Of a stretch of DNA of 64,000 bases, positions 47,688 to 58,312 are shown piece by piece. The first letter of the stretch is position 1. Each line of letters starts with the position of its first letter. The stretch lies in the IMG/VR virus record IMGVR_UViG_3300009082_000959. One strand, 5' to 3'. Source of the stretch: a virus (taxonomy: Duplodnaviria; Caudoviricetes). Position numbers and translations under genes: made by a program. The notes beneath the pieces were generated by a model. That model worked only from the letters and a program-made list of their open reading frames with translations, did not search any database and was not told the DNA's origin.

Positions 47688-50600
47688 ATGGCGTGGGATT
47701 CAAAAAAAGAAGAAACTTTTTCTGCACTGGAAAAACTATTAGATCAAAAAACCAATACACTTGGAACAACGGGCGGCAGTGTAGAAGAGCCGTTTAGAAA
47801 ACAAACCAATGTAATCCTAGGTGAAACTTGGCGTCTTGATCCCACTGTTGGGTCCGCAGAAGAATTAGTTGCTCCAAAATTCGACGGGTATGGGGTTGTT
47901 GGTTCCGTGGCTTCGAGATATGAGAGTTTACGACTTCATTCATATTTACCTTCTGGTGAGACTGGGCCAAATTCCTGTCAAACTTTTATAGTCGTTTCCA
48001 CTGCACCTACTTCTCACGCAATTTCCGACATAGATTCTGTAAGAATGAAAGACTTAATTCCACCAGTATATTCTCCTGGAAAATCTGATGCTGCCGAATC
48101 TGACGACTCTATTCGTGGTTTTGAGTTAGCACTTTATCCAGCCGCTTGTTATGGGGGTGTCGGTTCTGTGCTAGTCCCAGACCTAAACAAAAAAATTCCG
48201 ACTACTGCCGATCCAAGTGCTGTGTACGGCGCTGGTGAAAATGGATGGTCTGTTGATTACCTAAACGGAATTGTCCGACTTAGCGTTCCGCCCCTCAATG
48301 GACCAACAGGTGTATTTAATCCGAATGATGTGTTTGGTGACCTGGAAGGCAATAGAGCAGATGATGCCTATGGAAGTATTACACTTTTCGCAACATTTTA
48401 CCAATATAGTGGTTCCTATGGTTGGACAGAAAATCAGGACCTAGTTACCGTTGGTGATGGAGTTATAAGTACTGGAACTTATACTGGAAATTCACACAAC
48501 ACTATACAGTCTGCCATAGATTCACTGCCACACGGCGGAACTGTTTTTATTAAAGAGGGTAATTATTATTGCAGTTCTCCGATCGAGGTAAAACACGGAA
48601 TACATTTAAATGGAAGCAATAATACGAATATATTTTCGCCAGCGGGTAATTATCTTCTCGATATATCAAAGTCGCAGGTTTCCGTTAGTGGAATAAATTT
48701 GTTCGCTCCAGATGGCCAAACAAACACATCACTGATAAGAATAGGTTCAGACATAGATGGCTATTCTTTAAATGATGTAAGTATAAACAACAACAAACTT
48801 AATTGTAAGCTTGCAACCAATGGTATTTTATTACGCGCAGACGAGTATATGTCTTTTAAGAACTTGGATATTAGCGATAATACTTTTTCCATACAAGATG
48901 AGAATAACACAGTTTTTATTATTGGATTTGGAAATAGACTAGAGTCGTCACAACAATTAACTGCATGGACTACGGCTACTGGTATTTCTCAAACAATGTA
49001 TGGTGGGTATTTCAATGGAACTTTGTTTTGTATAGTTGGGGCTACTGGAGCAATATATACATCATCCGATGGTGTTTCGTGGACAGCTAGAACAGCAGAT
49101 AACAGCTATGGTGATGATTTTCACTCAGTAATTTACAACGGAACGCTGTGGTGTGCTGTTGGCGAAACTGGAGAAATTCAGACTTCACCAGATGGCGAAA
49201 CGTGGACTCATAGGGTTGCTGACTCAAGCTACATTGGAACATTTTATTGTGTCGGTTTTGATAGCGATGGAATGTTTTGTGTTGCAGGAGAAACGGGAGA
49301 AATTCAAACATCGACTGACGGAGAAACCTGGACGCACCAAACGGCTGATGATAGCTTTGCAGAAATATTTTATGGTATAGTTTATGGCAGTAATACGTGG
49401 TGCCTAGTGGGTGATAGCGGAGAAATTCAGACTTCACCAGATGGCGAAACGTGGACTCATAGAGTTGCTGATGCCGGATATACTGTCGGTACATTTTATT
49501 CAGTAGCACACAATCGGGTCAACACATTTATGGTCGTTGGTGAGGATGACGAGATACAGATTTCCTCGGACGCAGTGTCTTGGGAAAGTACTCATTCGAG
49601 TGTGGGAACTAATTTTGGTTCGGTTGTGTTTGATTATGGTAGAAATAAATGGATATTGTCAGGCTATGAAAATAATACTATTTTTACAACAACCGATGGT
49701 ACGAGTTTAGTTAGTTTGCCAGATTCAAATGGCACAGATGTATTCGGTCTTATGATTGCTCAGCAACCGACCGACCCAACTTTTATTTCTGTAAATTCAG
49801 ATAACCAGAGTTGTGTTTTTGGTAGTTTGTCAATTGCTAATAATAAGTTTGAGGCAGAAGAAAATAGAGAGTGTTTGGTAGAAATAATTGGCAACAATTC
49901 TTCTTTCGAACACATAAATATATCTGATAACATTGGTAGGGCAAAACTCAAAGTTTATATAGATGACGCGTATATGTCTAGCGTAGTGGTTGATGGTAAC
50001 TCATTTTATTCTGCTGATGTAGGACGTATTTCTGATTCTGTGTTTAGTAATAACACGATAGCAGACGATGTAACGATTACTGCTGCCATTAACTCTGATA
50101 TTTCACATAATATAATAGGCGGAACACTTGACCCAACGCTTGAAAATACACTGGTTTTTGGCAATAATATAACTGGTGATTTTAAAGCGGAGCACGTTTG
50201 GAATTCTTCTGTTTCCGAAAACATCGTAGGTGGAGCATTAACCATAGCAGATGGCCTAACTGATGGTGGAACAGTTTTGTTGGATTCAAAAATAAACAGC
50301 AATACTATTACAGGGGCTTTTAGTATTGCTTTGTCTTATACTGATTCACTAACCGCGCCGATAATAGATAGTGCTGTGTGTTCTGGAAATAGTGCTGCGT
50401 CGTTTGCTGTTGGCAGCACAAGTTTCGATGATGCAAGGCCAAGTTGCCAGAAATTTGTGTTCTCTGATAATATTATTACCGGAAATCTTGCAGTAAGAGG
50501 AAAAACACAGGAATCTTCTTATTCTGGCAATCAGATATTTGGTTCTTGTACTTTGGAGCCGGTTGCAAATTTCTCTTTCTCTGATGGATATGTTGGAACT

Positions 50601-52733
50601 ACTTGTGCAATTGGAGCATCAATTACTTATGGCATGGCAATAGAAAAAACAAGAATTGCTAATAATAATTTTGTTGGAAATGTTTCATTGGGAATAAGTC
50701 TTATTGACGGTGTTGTTTTATCGAACGCAAATATAGAAGACAACATAATGGGGGCAAGTCTTGCGATTGCTTCTGCTGCTGTTGCTGGAAGTGATAATGT
50801 GGTTTATAAAACAAATATTACAGGCAATACTATTGCAGGAAACTTTACTATTGGTGCTACTAGTGCAGGTTCGGCGTCCGATATAGTCCTAATAAAAAAT
50901 TCAAATATATCGGATAACATGGTTGAGGGTGTTTTGATTTTTGGTAGTTCAACGCGAAACCCACCAAATAATTGGACTTATTATGATAATAATATTAACA
51001 ATAACACCATAGGTGTAAGTTTTAGTATGTACGGCAAATGTGTTAGTTCTTCTTTGCACAAGAACGTTTCTTTGCATGGGGCATTTACCTGTGGTCCGTT
51101 GGCCCACTCCGTATTTTCTGATGGATATAGTGGCTCAACCATAACGATTGGAAATACACTGGTATCTGGTACTGCCGTTGCTAACTCGGATATAAAGAAT
51201 AATCAAGCCATTACCACGATAACCGTTGGACCGAGTTTGACATCTGGGTCTGCGCTTTCAAAATCAACTTTTGTGAATAACGCCTGCTACTCTACACTGG
51301 GTTTGGGTACATCTGTTACATCTGGTGATATTATTATCTATTCCTCTGTGAATGATAATAAAGCAACTGATTTTTCAATAGGGGTTGGCTTAACTGGCAC
51401 CACAACTGGCACCGTGCTGAAAGAAGCAGTTGTTAAAGGAAATTGGATTGATAGACATTTTGCACTTGGTAATACATCTCGCGACATTGATACCGAGACG
51501 TTCTTGGATAGTGTAATTTCTGATAACATAATTGAGTCAAATTGTACATTTAGTGGCTTAATTACAGATTGTAGTATAACAAACAACTCAATTGGTGGAA
51601 CTTTTTCAAGAGACAGCATAAGTGGAACGGTAAACATAATCGGTAACATTGGTACATTGGATGGATATATTTCGCAGAACGGCGACCTAAATATATCTGC
51701 TGGCACCAATGATATTATACTTCACTCTCGGGTTGTTCAAAATGGGCCGGATGGGTCATCTGTTATTTCTGACAATGGAAATTTGCTTTTTCATGACGGG
51801 TCTAGCTATATTGATATTAAAACATTTTTATTAACACTTGGTTCTTCTACTTTTACGCACAGATCACCTGATAATAGTTTTGATGGAGCATTTCAGGGTT
51901 CCTCTCACAGCAACGGAACTGATACCTGGTGTTTGGTGGGTGAACATGGAGAAATTCAATCGTCGTCCTTTGGATATACGTGGGTCCATAGAACTACTGA
52001 TAATAGTTACTCAGGTATGTTTTCATCGATTTGTTGGGGTGCAGACAAGTTTTGTGCCGTTGGTTCTTCTGGAGAAATTCAGACTTCACCCACTAGTGAA
52101 ACATGGACGCATAGAACTTCAGATAATAGTTACTCAGGTACATTTCAATCTGTTTCACACAATGGAACAGATTTGTGGTGTGTTGTTGGTGAGACTGGAG
52201 AAATTCAGACTTCACCAGATGGTATAACGTGGACTCATAGAGTTGCCGATTCAAGCTACATTGGAACATTTTATGGGGTTTCACACAATGGAACAGATTT
52301 GTGGTGTGCTGTTGGCGCGGACGGAGAAATTCAGACTTCACCAGATGGCGAAACGTGGACTCATAGAGTTGCTGACAATAGTACCACCAATGACCTATCT
52401 AGGGTTATACATAATGGTGTTATGTGGTGTCTAATTGGTGATTCACTTGAAATGCAAACATCCTTTAACGGGTTTGTGTGGGCTAGTCAAAGCGCAATAA
52501 ATGAACAGCTTCTTGGTATAAATACGAATGGTTTTGGTTTATTTATTGCAGTTGGGAATACTGGAGCTATTTGGATATCGGTAGATGGTATTAGGTGGAG
52601 AAAGCGACATTCTGGTTTAAGTAGCCCATATCCTTCCTTTACTACGATAGCGCATAATCAAGATGGAATGTTTATTATTGCTGGCACCGATGGTGAAATT
52701 CTAACGTCATTAAGGGTTTTGTTTGAAATATAG
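47688..52733 (+). CDS. Large tail fibre/spike (1681 aa): beta-helix shafts and two BNR-like beta-propeller blocks
   Basis: IQSAIDSLP.GGTVFIKEGNY beta-helix start; repeats of the type WC.VGETGEIQTSPDGETWTHRVAD. Confidence 0.8.
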   Translation: MAWDSKKEETFSALEKLLDQKTNTLGTTGGSVEEPFRKQTNVILGETWRLDPTVGSAEELVAPKFDGYGVVGSVASRYESLRLHSYLPSGETGPNSCQTFIVVSTAPTSHAISDIDSVRMKDLIPPVYSPGKSDAAESDDSIRGFELALYPAACYGGVGSVLVPDLNKKIPTTADPSAVYGAGENGWSVDYLNGIVRLSVPPLNGPTGVFNPNDVFGDLEGNRADDAYGSITLFATFYQYSGSYGWTENQDLVTVGDGVISTGTYTGNSHNTIQSAIDSLPHGGTVFIKEGNYYCSSPIEVKHGIHLNGSNNTNIFSPAGNYLLDISKSQVSVSGINLFAPDGQTNTSLIRIGSDIDGYSLNDVSINNNKLNCKLATNGILLRADEYMSFKNLDISDNTFSIQDENNTVFIIGFGNRLESSQQLTAWTTATGISQTMYGGYFNGTLFCIVGATGAIYTSSDGVSWTARTADNSYGDDFHSVIYNGTLWCAVGETGEIQTSPDGETWTHRVADSSYIGTFYCVGFDSDGMFCVAGETGEIQTSTDGETWTHQTADDSFAEIFYGIVYGSNTWCLVGDSGEIQTSPDGETWTHRVADAGYTVGTFYSVAHNRVNTFMVVGEDDEIQISSDAVSWESTHSSVGTNFGSVVFDYGRNKWILSGYENNTIFTTTDGTSLVSLPDSNGTDVFGLMIAQQPTDPTFISVNSDNQSCVFGSLSIANNKFEAEENRECLVEIIGNNSSFEHINISDNIGRAKLKVYIDDAYMSSVVVDGNSFYSADVGRISDSVFSNNTIADDVTITAAINSDISHNIIGGTLDPTLENTLVFGNNITGDFKAEHVWNSSVSENIVGGALTIADGLTDGGTVLLDSKINSNTITGAFSIALSYTDSLTAPIIDSAVCSGNSAASFAVGSTSFDDARPSCQKFVFSDNIITGNLAVRGKTQESSYSGNQIFGSCTLEPVANFSFSDGYVGTTCAIGASITYGMAIEKTRIANNNFVGNVSLGISLIDGVVLSNANIEDNIMGASLAIASAAVAGSDNVVYKTNITGNTIAGNFTIGATSAGSASDIVLIKNSNISDNMVEGVLIFGSSTRNPPNNWTYYDNNINNNTIGVSFSMYGKCVSSSLHKNVSLHGAFTCGPLAHSVFSDGYSGSTITIGNTLVSGTAVANSDIKNNQAITTITVGPSLTSGSALSKSTFVNNACYSTLGLGTSVTSGDIIIYSSVNDNKATDFSIGVGLTGTTTGTVLKEAVVKGNWIDRHFALGNTSRDIDTETFLDSVISDNIIESNCTFSGLITDCSITNNSIGGTFSRDSISGTVNIIGNIGTLDGYISQNGDLNISAGTNDIILHSRVVQNGPDGSSVISDNGNLLFHDGSSYIDIKTFLLTLGSSTFTHRSPDNSFDGAFQGSSHSNGTDTWCLVGEHGEIQSSSFGYTWVHRTTDNSYSGMFSSICWGADKFCAVGSSGEIQTSPTSETWTHRTSDNSYSGTFQSVSHNGTDLWCVVGETGEIQTSPDGITWTHRVADSSYIGTFYGVSHNGTDLWCAVGADGEIQTSPDGETWTHRVADNSTTNDLSRVIHNGVMWCLIGDSLEMQTSFNGFVWASQSAINEQLLGINTNGFGLFIAVGNTGAIWISVDGIRWRKRHSGLSSPYPSFTTIAHNQDGMFIIAGTDGEILTSLRVLFEI
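49150..49470 (+). repeat. Propeller repeat block A
   Basis: ggagaaattcagacttcaccagatggcgaaacgtggactcatag at ~49170 and ~49419. Confidence 0.9.
52060..52380 (+). repeat. Propeller repeat block B (near-identical DNA to block A)
   Basis: Same core at ~52322, with variants at ~52071 and ~52197. Confidence 0.9.
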
Positions 52734-52737
52734 TGTT

Positions 52738-53493
52738 ATGAATAATCTTAAATTATCAGAAAAAGACGCTTTTATCATTGGAACTGGGCCATCTACCGCG
52801 AAATTACTAAAACACAAACACTTACTAAATAATTTTACCGTTATTGGCCTTAATTTTTCTATAAAAGATTTCGAAGAAAACCTTGATTATCATATAGTTA
52901 TGGAAAAAGAACCAAATGTTATATATAATTATATGAAAAATAATCCCTACAGAGAAGACTTGCCAAGGATAATAAACAAAATTCCTTTGAGATTTTTTCC
53001 AAAGGATGCAAATCTAATTCCAGCGGTTAGATGTGATTTTAAACACAAACCAAGTCTCCGCTCTTATACAAACGAATTTGGTTCAGGATTATTTTCTGGG
53101 TATATAACCCACACAATAAGGCAACCAGCAAGTGTTTGTCTGCAAGCACTTCATTTGGCTGGCATTTTGGGTTGTAAAAATGTTTACACAATAGGATGCG
53201 ACTTTTTATTTCAAGGTGATTTACGATATTATACTGGATACGACAACAAAGACCACAAATCTAATATTTCTACCTCCATTGTCAGGCCAAAGAATATAGT
53301 TGAAGTAGATTTTTGTGGAGAAAAACGACTAACAGCCGAATGCTATAAAAATACGGCCGATTGGACGAATAGGTTTATAAAAGAAGTGTGTCGTCCAGAG
53401 ATGGAAGTCTATGATTTTAGTGGTGGTCTTTTAACAGCCGCCATTCAATTAAATTTAGAAGAATTTATGGGAAAATATGAAAACAATATTTAA
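52738..53493 (+). CDS. Maf/DUF115-like glycosyltransferase (MAF_flag10/MptE-like fold)
   Basis: AFIIGTGPS, VIGLN, SVCLQALHLA..LGCKNVYTIGCDF. Confidence 0.7.
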   Translation: MNNLKLSEKDAFIIGTGPSTAKLLKHKHLLNNFTVIGLNFSIKDFEENLDYHIVMEKEPNVIYNYMKNNPYREDLPRIINKIPLRFFPKDANLIPAVRCDFKHKPSLRSYTNEFGSGLFSGYITHTIRQPASVCLQALHLAGILGCKNVYTIGCDFLFQGDLRYYTGYDNKDHKSNISTSIVRPKNIVEVDFCGEKRLTAECYKNTADWTNRFIKEVCRPEMEVYDFSGGLLTAAIQLNLEEFMGKYENNI

Positions 53494-54493
53494 TATAATA
53501 ACGAATAAGTATGTTTTGCTTGCACTTATCGCCGTGTTTGTTGGTTTAGCAATACAAATAAAGGTTTGCTCTGTCCAAGAAAACGAAAGACTGGCAACTT
53601 ACAACCGCCAATTAAGTGGACAACTTACAGAGCAAGAACATTTGCTACAATCTGCTAATCATGAACTTGGAATTGCTAATTCAAGATTAGTTACACAGAA
53701 ACAACTAGCGGACGAATTAGAGAAAGCGAAGCTGGAAGTAGATAAAGAATTCGAAGCTTTCAAAAAAGAGCATAATTTGGTGATTGCTAGTAAAGACCTA
53801 GCTATAGCAAGATTGGAACAGCAATTACAAGGTTCTTCTGGAACCACTGTTGTTCCCGTTACACAAACTGACCAAGAATTATGTCTGAAAATTGAAGAAA
53901 AATGCGTAATTGGTTATACTTGGGCTGATAATTTTGGGCGGTTCTCTCTTATTGACCCAAATATTTTTAAATCTGGTGACGAAATCGTCACAATCAATCA
54001 ATATTTTAGAGTACTTGTGGAGACATTTAAGCAGCAAGATGGGTCTTTGATGATCCAGCGACTAGTTTTAAGAGAAGTATATCCAGACGGTTCCGGTGGT
54101 TATAAAGAAGTCCCAAACGGAAAAGCAGAAATTGTTGAACACGAATTTGTTTATGACAATGCACCAATTGAAATTCCGGAATGGTCTGCTTGGGATTTAT
54201 TTAAATTGCGCATGGTTGTGGGAATTGGAACAGAAATTTTCCCAGAACCAGGTGATTTAAGACTTTCCGTTGGTTTGCAGTTTTTTGGGTGGCGTGGACT
54301 GGGTGTTAATAGTCACACTGGACTTGATTTCGATGACCCAAAAAACATTGCGCAGTACTTGGCCATTTCTTATGCGCCAGAATTCGATGATTTCAAGTTA
54401 AACATTGGGCTTGAGGTTGCGGTAGGAACATTTTTGTATAAACCATTTGATGAATACAGTGTGAAGGTGGGCCTTATGTTTTATTTGTGGTAA
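53477..54493 (+). CDS. Membrane protein: N-terminal TM, coiled coil, C-terminal amphipathic beta-strands (spanin-like)
   Basis: YVLLALIAVFVGLAI; heptads; ends YSVKVGLMFYLW. Confidence 0.6.
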   Translation: MKTIFNIITNKYVLLALIAVFVGLAIQIKVCSVQENERLATYNRQLSGQLTEQEHLLQSANHELGIANSRLVTQKQLADELEKAKLEVDKEFEAFKKEHNLVIASKDLAIARLEQQLQGSSGTTVVPVTQTDQELCLKIEEKCVIGYTWADNFGRFSLIDPNIFKSGDEIVTINQYFRVLVETFKQQDGSLMIQRLVLREVYPDGSGGYKEVPNGKAEIVEHEFVYDNAPIEIPEWSAWDLFKLRMVVGIGTEIFPEPGDLRLSVGLQFFGWRGLGVNSHTGLDFDDPKNIAQYLAISYAPEFDDFKLNIGLEVAVGTFLYKPFDEYSVKVGLMFYLW

Positions 54494-54521
54494 GAAAAAA
54501 TTTATTTTTTTGGAGCCCTAA

Positions 54522-55226
54522 ATGAGAAAACTATCTTTTGTTTTATTGTCTGTTATTTTTTGTTCTTGTACGGTTAATTTGGTAGTTCCGCCGATTGTTT
54601 CAGATAGCACCACAAAAGTAGATACAACCAGAGAATCAATGAATTCGGTTGTAAGAATCTCTGCAAATACACCCGACGGAACAACTGCATTAACTGGAAG
54701 TGGTTGGGCTAATTCGAAAGACACAATACTAACCGCTGGGCATGTTTGTTGGGCAATTATATCACTTCAAAAGGCCGGAGTTTTGGAAGATAATATCGAT
54801 ATACACTATTTAAACAGAGTAGATGCCCTCAGCAAGATATCTGGTGTTGAAATAGTAGATGTTTCAGATAAAGATGATATTTGTTTGCTGTACTCTGAAA
54901 ATCACGGGTTGCCGGTTTTGCAGTTTGAGGAAAGCAAAAATATAAAGTTTAATGGAGTAGCAATTGTATTAGGGTTTCCTCTTGGTGTTATGATAACCTA
55001 TAATAACGGAACAATTATTGTTCCAGATACTGGTAATTATTTTGATATTGAGGTTTTGCGAAATAAACTTATAGTTTCCTCTGCAAGTACTTCTGGTAAT
55101 AGTGGTGGGCCAGTGATAAATGAACATGGAAAAGTGATAGGAATGCTAATCGCGGGCCCGAGCAATGGGTACGATCATCTATCGGTGTGCGTTACTGTTG
55201 ATAGTATTAAGTCATTTATAAAATAA
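54522..55226 (+). CDS. Trypsin-like (S1) serine protease with a lipoprotein signal peptide
   Basis: MRKLSFVLLSVIFCS-C lipobox-like; LTAGHV, DDICLL and GNSGGPV catalytic triad motifs. Confidence 0.88.
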   Translation: MRKLSFVLLSVIFCSCTVNLVVPPIVSDSTTKVDTTRESMNSVVRISANTPDGTTALTGSGWANSKDTILTAGHVCWAIISLQKAGVLEDNIDIHYLNRVDALSKISGVEIVDVSDKDDICLLYSENHGLPVLQFEESKNIKFNGVAIVLGFPLGVMITYNNGTIIVPDTGNYFDIEVLRNKLIVSSASTSGNSGGPVINEHGKVIGMLIAGPSNGYDHLSVCVTVDSIKSFIK

Positions 55227-55244
55227 TATTATGTTGGTGAAAAA

Positions 55245-58200
55245 ATGAGTGTTTTTCCTGATGCCATAGATTCAGATTTAGAATTGCCGCGCGTGGAGAA
55301 TAATGTTTCCGAAATTAGCGGAGACACGATAAATTCTGTTAGGGATTCTGTGTTAGCAATAGAAAATGCCATTGGTATCAATCCACAGGGAAACACTGCT
55401 GACCTGACAACTCGCATTGGTTTGGTTATAGATGCCGACGGAAGAGTTAAAGCATCTGCTTTGGCATCCAGTGGGTTGGTGACTCTTCCAATTTCTAATT
55501 CCCAAATAGGTGTAAATGCCGCAATAGAGGAATCAAAATTAGACCTGGATTACCCCACCGCAACACTTAATGCCAGCTTGGGTACAATATCGGCTAATTT
55601 GAGTGCTCTAATAACAACAATAAATTCACTAGCTTATAATACGGCAAGTCACTACGCCGGAACAGGAAACAAACACAAAGGAACTGCCATAGATTTGGTT
55701 TCTCCAATTTTAGGCGGAACAAATGTTGAGTCTGCACTTGGACTAGTCAATACTGCTCTTTCTTCACACACGGCATCTACACTAAATAGTCACACGGCTA
55801 GCAGCATTTCTTTATCCGGGCCATTTATTAATATAGATTCCGACGATGTTGAAGAAGCAATAGGCGAATTAGACATAGGTCAATCTGCGGCAATAGAGGA
55901 ACACCAAGACAAGTTACACAGAAATGGAATAGTAATAGGAGAAAGATCATCTTCGCAAATTAATTCGGAATACACCACGTTTGCTGGAACAATATACCAA
56001 ACCGATACCGATGAAGCGACAAATATATTTCAAATAATGAGACCAAATGTTGCACGCATTTCAAGTAAAAACATAGACTTACGCGCATTATCTTCTACTA
56101 CTGCCAGGAACCTAAGAATTCAGGCAGGTGGGGTTGGTCGTGGAACGCTGGATGTAGATTTGGTTTCTACAATACCAGCTGACTCGATTGATGAAATTGT
56201 TGAGGTAATAAATACACAAGCACGCGAGCAACACTACCCTATTTCTGCCTATAATACCGGTGCTTTGACTTTGGCCCACAATATACCTGGCGCACAGTAC
56301 ACACTAGAGGTTTTAGATACCATATCACTAGACGCATCTAATGCGCTGGGTTTTTCTGGCATAACAAACGTAGTGTGCTCTTGGCCAGATAATGTGCCTG
56401 GATGCTTTGTTTCTGGCAAAAAAATAAGTGGAATAAAATCAATAGTATCGTGCGCGTGTGTTCAAACATCTCTTAGTCCAACAATTAATCCGGCAGTAGG
56501 TAATTTAAGTTTGCTGGGATTATCTGGGAATGAAGGAAGAGTTTTGTGTAATATCACCAATCACAGCACAGACTCTACGGTCAATGGAACATACTATATA
56601 ATAAATTATCCAACAACAAGTACAATAACACTAAATGATGACATTGCGGCTGGAACTTTTGATTTAGAAATAGCCGCAGACTCTATCAACTTCGAAAATA
56701 GTGCAAGAGGGGAATTATTTGATATTTTTGTAGAACACGATCCAGATGGATATATTGGCCACGGAGTACTTAAAAAATATAATCGTGTGAGTTATGGTAC
56801 AATACCAGGTGTTGTATTGAAGTGCGTAAGTAATGACTTCGTAGATAGTGGTGATTTTGAGTGGGGAGTTTCTTCTTCTGGATATCTTACTTTATATCAT
56901 AATGGAAATGCAGGAGTATCAAAGGGAATTTCAACTGGATATGTTGGGCAAATTGAGGTTTTTGCCCCCAACAATACGACTAGCGCTGTGTTTCAGGTTC
57001 ACGGTAATTTTTCTGCGGCAAGAAAAGAATTCAATGTAAGCGAATTTGCCGGAAGTGATGACAAACTATACTTGGGATCAATTCACTACGGCGGAAATTT
57101 TGGACTACAAACTATTAAATATTTTATGGATAGTAGAGTCTTTGGTTCAACACAAGACACTGAAAGCAATGATGTTATTAATAAAATAAAAACAGACGAT
57201 CTTGCTAGTGAATTAAGAAACAACGGCGTCATACGTGGGTTTGATATAGAAAGTTACCTTAATACATCTTTGAGAGTTCGTGGCGGCCGGGCTCTCATAA
57301 GTGGCAAAATAATAGACGTAGAAACAAAAGATGTAACGGTTGATGTTTTTACAGAAGCAACCAGGATGCTTTTATTAGATATTAATGGAGATTACCTAAT
57401 AAAAGATACGGCCAATGTTGGGTTTTCCTTTGATGAACTCACCAGTGGTACTAATTTTGGTGATGAGGCCGGAGTTGCTCTTATTTGCGAATTTAATACC
57501 GATGGTTCCAAGATAGATGGGTACGTCACAGACAGACGACTTTTTGTAAATAAAATAGACAAACGCTTGAATGATTTAGACTCCAGTCTTGGCGCGCGAA
57601 TAGAGAATGTGCTCAGCACTGTTAGTGGTGGGTACTGGGGATTTACTATAGCAGAAACAGCAAATGAGGATGGTTACATTGCTGAATTGGAAATGGCAAA
57701 TCACGATGGCTTTAATTTTGTTCCTGACACAAATCAAACCGAGTATTCTGCGTGGGGGTTTGGAGCAGGTGAATCATCAATAACGACACGTAGATTTCAA
57801 TTTGTGTCGCCCTCTTTAAATAAAACATCTATATTTAAGTCAGTTGGTTTGACGCACATTAATGTTTTTTTGGATGCAACCTATACTGGTGATCAGGATG
57901 GTATTTTGGGGCCATTTGGTGTGAGTGGAACAGTATATGTAGATATTGGTGTCGCAGTTACTGTTGGCTTAGCAAATCAAACAACAACAGAATCGTATGC
58001 TTTAGTAAAAACAATAAATGCTGGTGTTTTCCCAGTTATATCACAGATAGAGCGTTATGTTGCGTCTATTCCTGCAACTGATCTTAATCTCCAGGATAAT
58101 GTCATGTTTGATGTTGTTCCTCGCATTAGAATTCGCAACACAAATTACGTCGACGGAGGTACGGGGCCAGACCCCGAACCAACTATTCTGTTCGATAACG

Positions 58201-58298
58201 TTCGTGTCGTGACAAGTAGCTATAGTGTTGCTGGCTCAGTAGGTGATATAGATGGAACTTCCACTTCTGTTGGTGTAGCAATAAGTGATATATTATAA
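55245..58298 (+). CDS. Tail fibre/baseplate protein, paralog of 58313
   Basis: MSVFPD.(I/L)DSDLE..R(V/I)ENNVSEI.GD..NS.RD.V.AI N-terminus; RPNVAR and LRNNGVIRGFD blocks shared. Confidence 0.75.
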   Translation: MSVFPDAIDSDLELPRVENNVSEISGDTINSVRDSVLAIENAIGINPQGNTADLTTRIGLVIDADGRVKASALASSGLVTLPISNSQIGVNAAIEESKLDLDYPTATLNASLGTISANLSALITTINSLAYNTASHYAGTGNKHKGTAIDLVSPILGGTNVESALGLVNTALSSHTASTLNSHTASSISLSGPFINIDSDDVEEAIGELDIGQSAAIEEHQDKLHRNGIVIGERSSSQINSEYTTFAGTIYQTDTDEATNIFQIMRPNVARISSKNIDLRALSSTTARNLRIQAGGVGRGTLDVDLVSTIPADSIDEIVEVINTQAREQHYPISAYNTGALTLAHNIPGAQYTLEVLDTISLDASNALGFSGITNVVCSWPDNVPGCFVSGKKISGIKSIVSCACVQTSLSPTINPAVGNLSLLGLSGNEGRVLCNITNHSTDSTVNGTYYIINYPTTSTITLNDDIAAGTFDLEIAADSINFENSARGELFDIFVEHDPDGYIGHGVLKKYNRVSYGTIPGVVLKCVSNDFVDSGDFEWGVSSSGYLTLYHNGNAGVSKGISTGYVGQIEVFAPNNTTSAVFQVHGNFSAARKEFNVSEFAGSDDKLYLGSIHYGGNFGLQTIKYFMDSRVFGSTQDTESNDVINKIKTDDLASELRNNGVIRGFDIESYLNTSLRVRGGRALISGKIIDVETKDVTVDVFTEATRMLLLDINGDYLIKDTANVGFSFDELTSGTNFGDEAGVALICEFNTDGSKIDGYVTDRRLFVNKIDKRLNDLDSSLGARIENVLSTVSGGYWGFTIAETANEDGYIAELEMANHDGFNFVPDTNQTEYSAWGFGAGESSITTRRFQFVSPSLNKTSIFKSVGLTHINVFLDATYTGDQDGILGPFGVSGTVYVDIGVAVTVGLANQTTTESYALVKTINAGVFPVISQIERYVASIPATDLNLQDNVMFDVVPRIRIRNTNYVDGGTGPDPEPTILFDNVRVVTSSYSVAGSVGDIDGTSTSVGVAISDIL

Positions 58299-58312
58299 AA
58301 AGGATTTAGAAA

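Noticed and set aside
49150-52380. Possible diversity-generating retroelement TR/VR pair
   Set aside because: Differences between copies are not adenine-specific, both copies are coding, and no reverse transcriptase is present in the window
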